64,000 bases of DNA from an uncultured Acidimicrobiales bacterium (GTDB taxonomy: Bacteria; Actinomycetota; Acidimicrobiia; Acidimicrobiales; SHLQ01), in the NCBI GenBank assembly GCA_964562985.1, contig CAZLWE010000006.1, positions 20,991 to 84,990 on the forward strand. Reading direction: 5' to 3'. Positions 62,924-64,000 of the stretch are shown here, one piece after another; the stretch's first letter is position 1; every line of letters begins with the position of its first letter. A model generated the notes under the pieces. That model did no database searches and was not told where the DNA came from. It saw nothing but the letters and a program-made list of their open reading frames with translations. The translations under genes and the position numbers were made by a program.

Positions 62924-62941
62924 TCGTCGCTGCGCGAGGCG

Positions 62942-64000
62942 ATGAGCGAACTCCCCGTCGAGCCAACTCAAGGTCGGAGCACAACTTCCGATTGGCATGC
63001 CATGCTGGCCGATACGCCGAGTTCAGACAGCGCGATCACGATCGCGTCGAATCGCTTCGAAATCGCGCCTCTCGATATCAACGAGACGAACTACTTCAAT
63101 CGTGAGCTGAGCTGGCTTGCGTTCAACGCACGGGTGCTGTCGTTGGCGGCCGATCCAGACACACCTCTGCTTGAGCGGGTCAAGTATCTGGCCATCTACG
63201 CGAGCAACCTCGATGAGTTCTTTCAGGTGCGCGTTGCCGGACTCCGTGACCTAGTGGCAGCTGAAGTTCGGGTTCGTGCCCCCGATGGTCGGGTAGCGGT
63301 CGAACAGCTCCGCGATATTCGCGCGGCGGTAGAAAAGCTCGAGCGGTTCCGCCAAGAAGTCTTCTCCGCGTCATTGATCCCTGCGATGGGAAGTGTGGGC
63401 ATCTCGATCCCGAACTACGGCGATCTCGGGATGGCCGATCGCAAGATCGCCGACAACTATTTCGATGAGCAGGTCTTTCCGGTGTTGACCCCGTTGGCGG
63501 TCGACACCGGGCATCCATTCCCTTACATCAGCGACCTGTCGCTCAACCTGGGTGTGCGGGTCCGGCGCCCCGGAGACGAACGAGCGCGCTTTGCTCGCGT
63601 CAAAGTTCCCGACACCTTGCATCGTCTGGTTCCGCTCTCTCAGGAAGGTCGTTTCATTCGGATAGAAGACCTCATCGTTGCGCACCTCGACCAGCTGTTT
63701 CCTGGCCTCGAGATCGTCGAGCATCTCTCCTTCCGAGTGACCCGCAATGCTGACTTGAACTACGCCGACGAGGAAGCCGATGACTTGCTCGAACTCGTCG
63801 AGATGGAACTGCGGCGTCGCAGGTTTGGAAACGCCGTGCGTCTCGAGATCGGAACGAGTTCCGGGGATTCGATCCGTACGTTGCTCCGAGACGAGTTGCA
63901 GATCGAGGACGCTGACATCTACGTCGAAAAGGCGTTCTTGGCGATGCGTGATCTGTGGGCGCTGATGAAGCTTGAGCGCCCGGAGCTACGTTTCGACGGG
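62942..64000 (+). CDS. ppk: Polyphosphate kinase 1, N-terminal part (3' end outside the window)
   Basis: Hand translation from ATG 62942 is open to the window end. It shows the hallmark YFNRELSWLAFNARVL, LLERVKYLAIYASNLDEFFQVRVAGL and FPVLTPLAVD.GHPFPYIS. Confidence 0.88.
   Translation, partial: MSELPVEPTQGRSTTSDWHAMLADTPSSDSAITIASNRFEIAPLDINETNYFNRELSWLAFNARVLSLAADPDTPLLERVKYLAIYASNLDEFFQVRVAGLRDLVAAEVRVRAPDGRVAVEQLRDIRAAVEKLERFRQEVFSASLIPAMGSVGISIPNYGDLGMADRKIADNYFDEQVFPVLTPLAVDTGHPFPYISDLSLNLGVRVRRPGDERARFARVKVPDTLHRLVPLSQEGRFIRIEDLIVAHLDQLFPGLEIVEHLSFRVTRNADLNYADEEADDLLELVEMELRRRRFGNAVRLEIGTSSGDSIRTLLRDELQIEDADIYVEKAFLAMRDLWALMKLERPELRFDG

Overview
This is a 64-kb chromosomal window from a high-GC actinobacterium. 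The taxon is an inference from gene content: two WhiB regulators, a ClpC1-type ATPase, a single-anchor Sdh1-type succinate dehydrogenase, DUF3097, an LppM-like lipoprotein and TatA. All calls come from reading the six-frame track and the DNA by eye. No searches, alignments or folding programs were run, so family names are motif-level recognitions.

Most of the window is housekeeping or core genes:
- Two tandem WbaP-like sugar transferases, pgm, a fatty-acid hydroxylase and a polyprenyl synthase.
- clpC, and an SNF2 helicase paired with a SWIM protein.
- A herA ... sbcD-sbcC-nurA-like DNA-end-processing cluster.
- A nitroreductase, an SDR, a GT2, ilvA and sdhCAB.
- A GH2 hydrolase, a DmdA-like GcvT-family enzyme, a ChlI-like AAA ATPase, two DUF4153-like membrane proteins, trpS and a TrmH methyltransferase.
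- A mosaic OmpA/fasciclin protein, a vWA protein, and a PhnZ-like HD oxygenase next to an NPP-family phosphoesterase.
- An AAA ATPase, a LOG-family protein, whiB-tatA-whiB and the 5' part of ppk1.

No rRNA, tRNA or CRISPR array was seen.

The most interesting signals are:
1. Two separate thioredoxin-fold genes (25534..26151 on the plus strand, 30971..31447 on the minus strand) each carry an in-frame TGA exactly at the first Cys of the CxxC redox motif. Each TGA is followed 6-10 nt later by a small hairpin with G in the loop. These are candidate UxxC selenoproteins that the ORF track splits in two.
2. A head-to-tail array of four divergent paralogues (31546..37519) encodes N-terminally anchored proteins. 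They share an invariant juxtamembrane motif, P-(S/T)-(E/D)-G-E-T-A-A-G-T, and Asp-box-like (S/D)xDGxxW repeats. I cannot assign a function.
3. The herA / mre11 / rad50 / nurA gene order resembles the archaeal operon.
4. A patch of decayed mobile elements (a Tn3 tnpA tail plus two IS3 fragments) lies upstream of the SNF2/SWIM pair.

Several smaller repeats, palindromes and start-site corrections are also listed.
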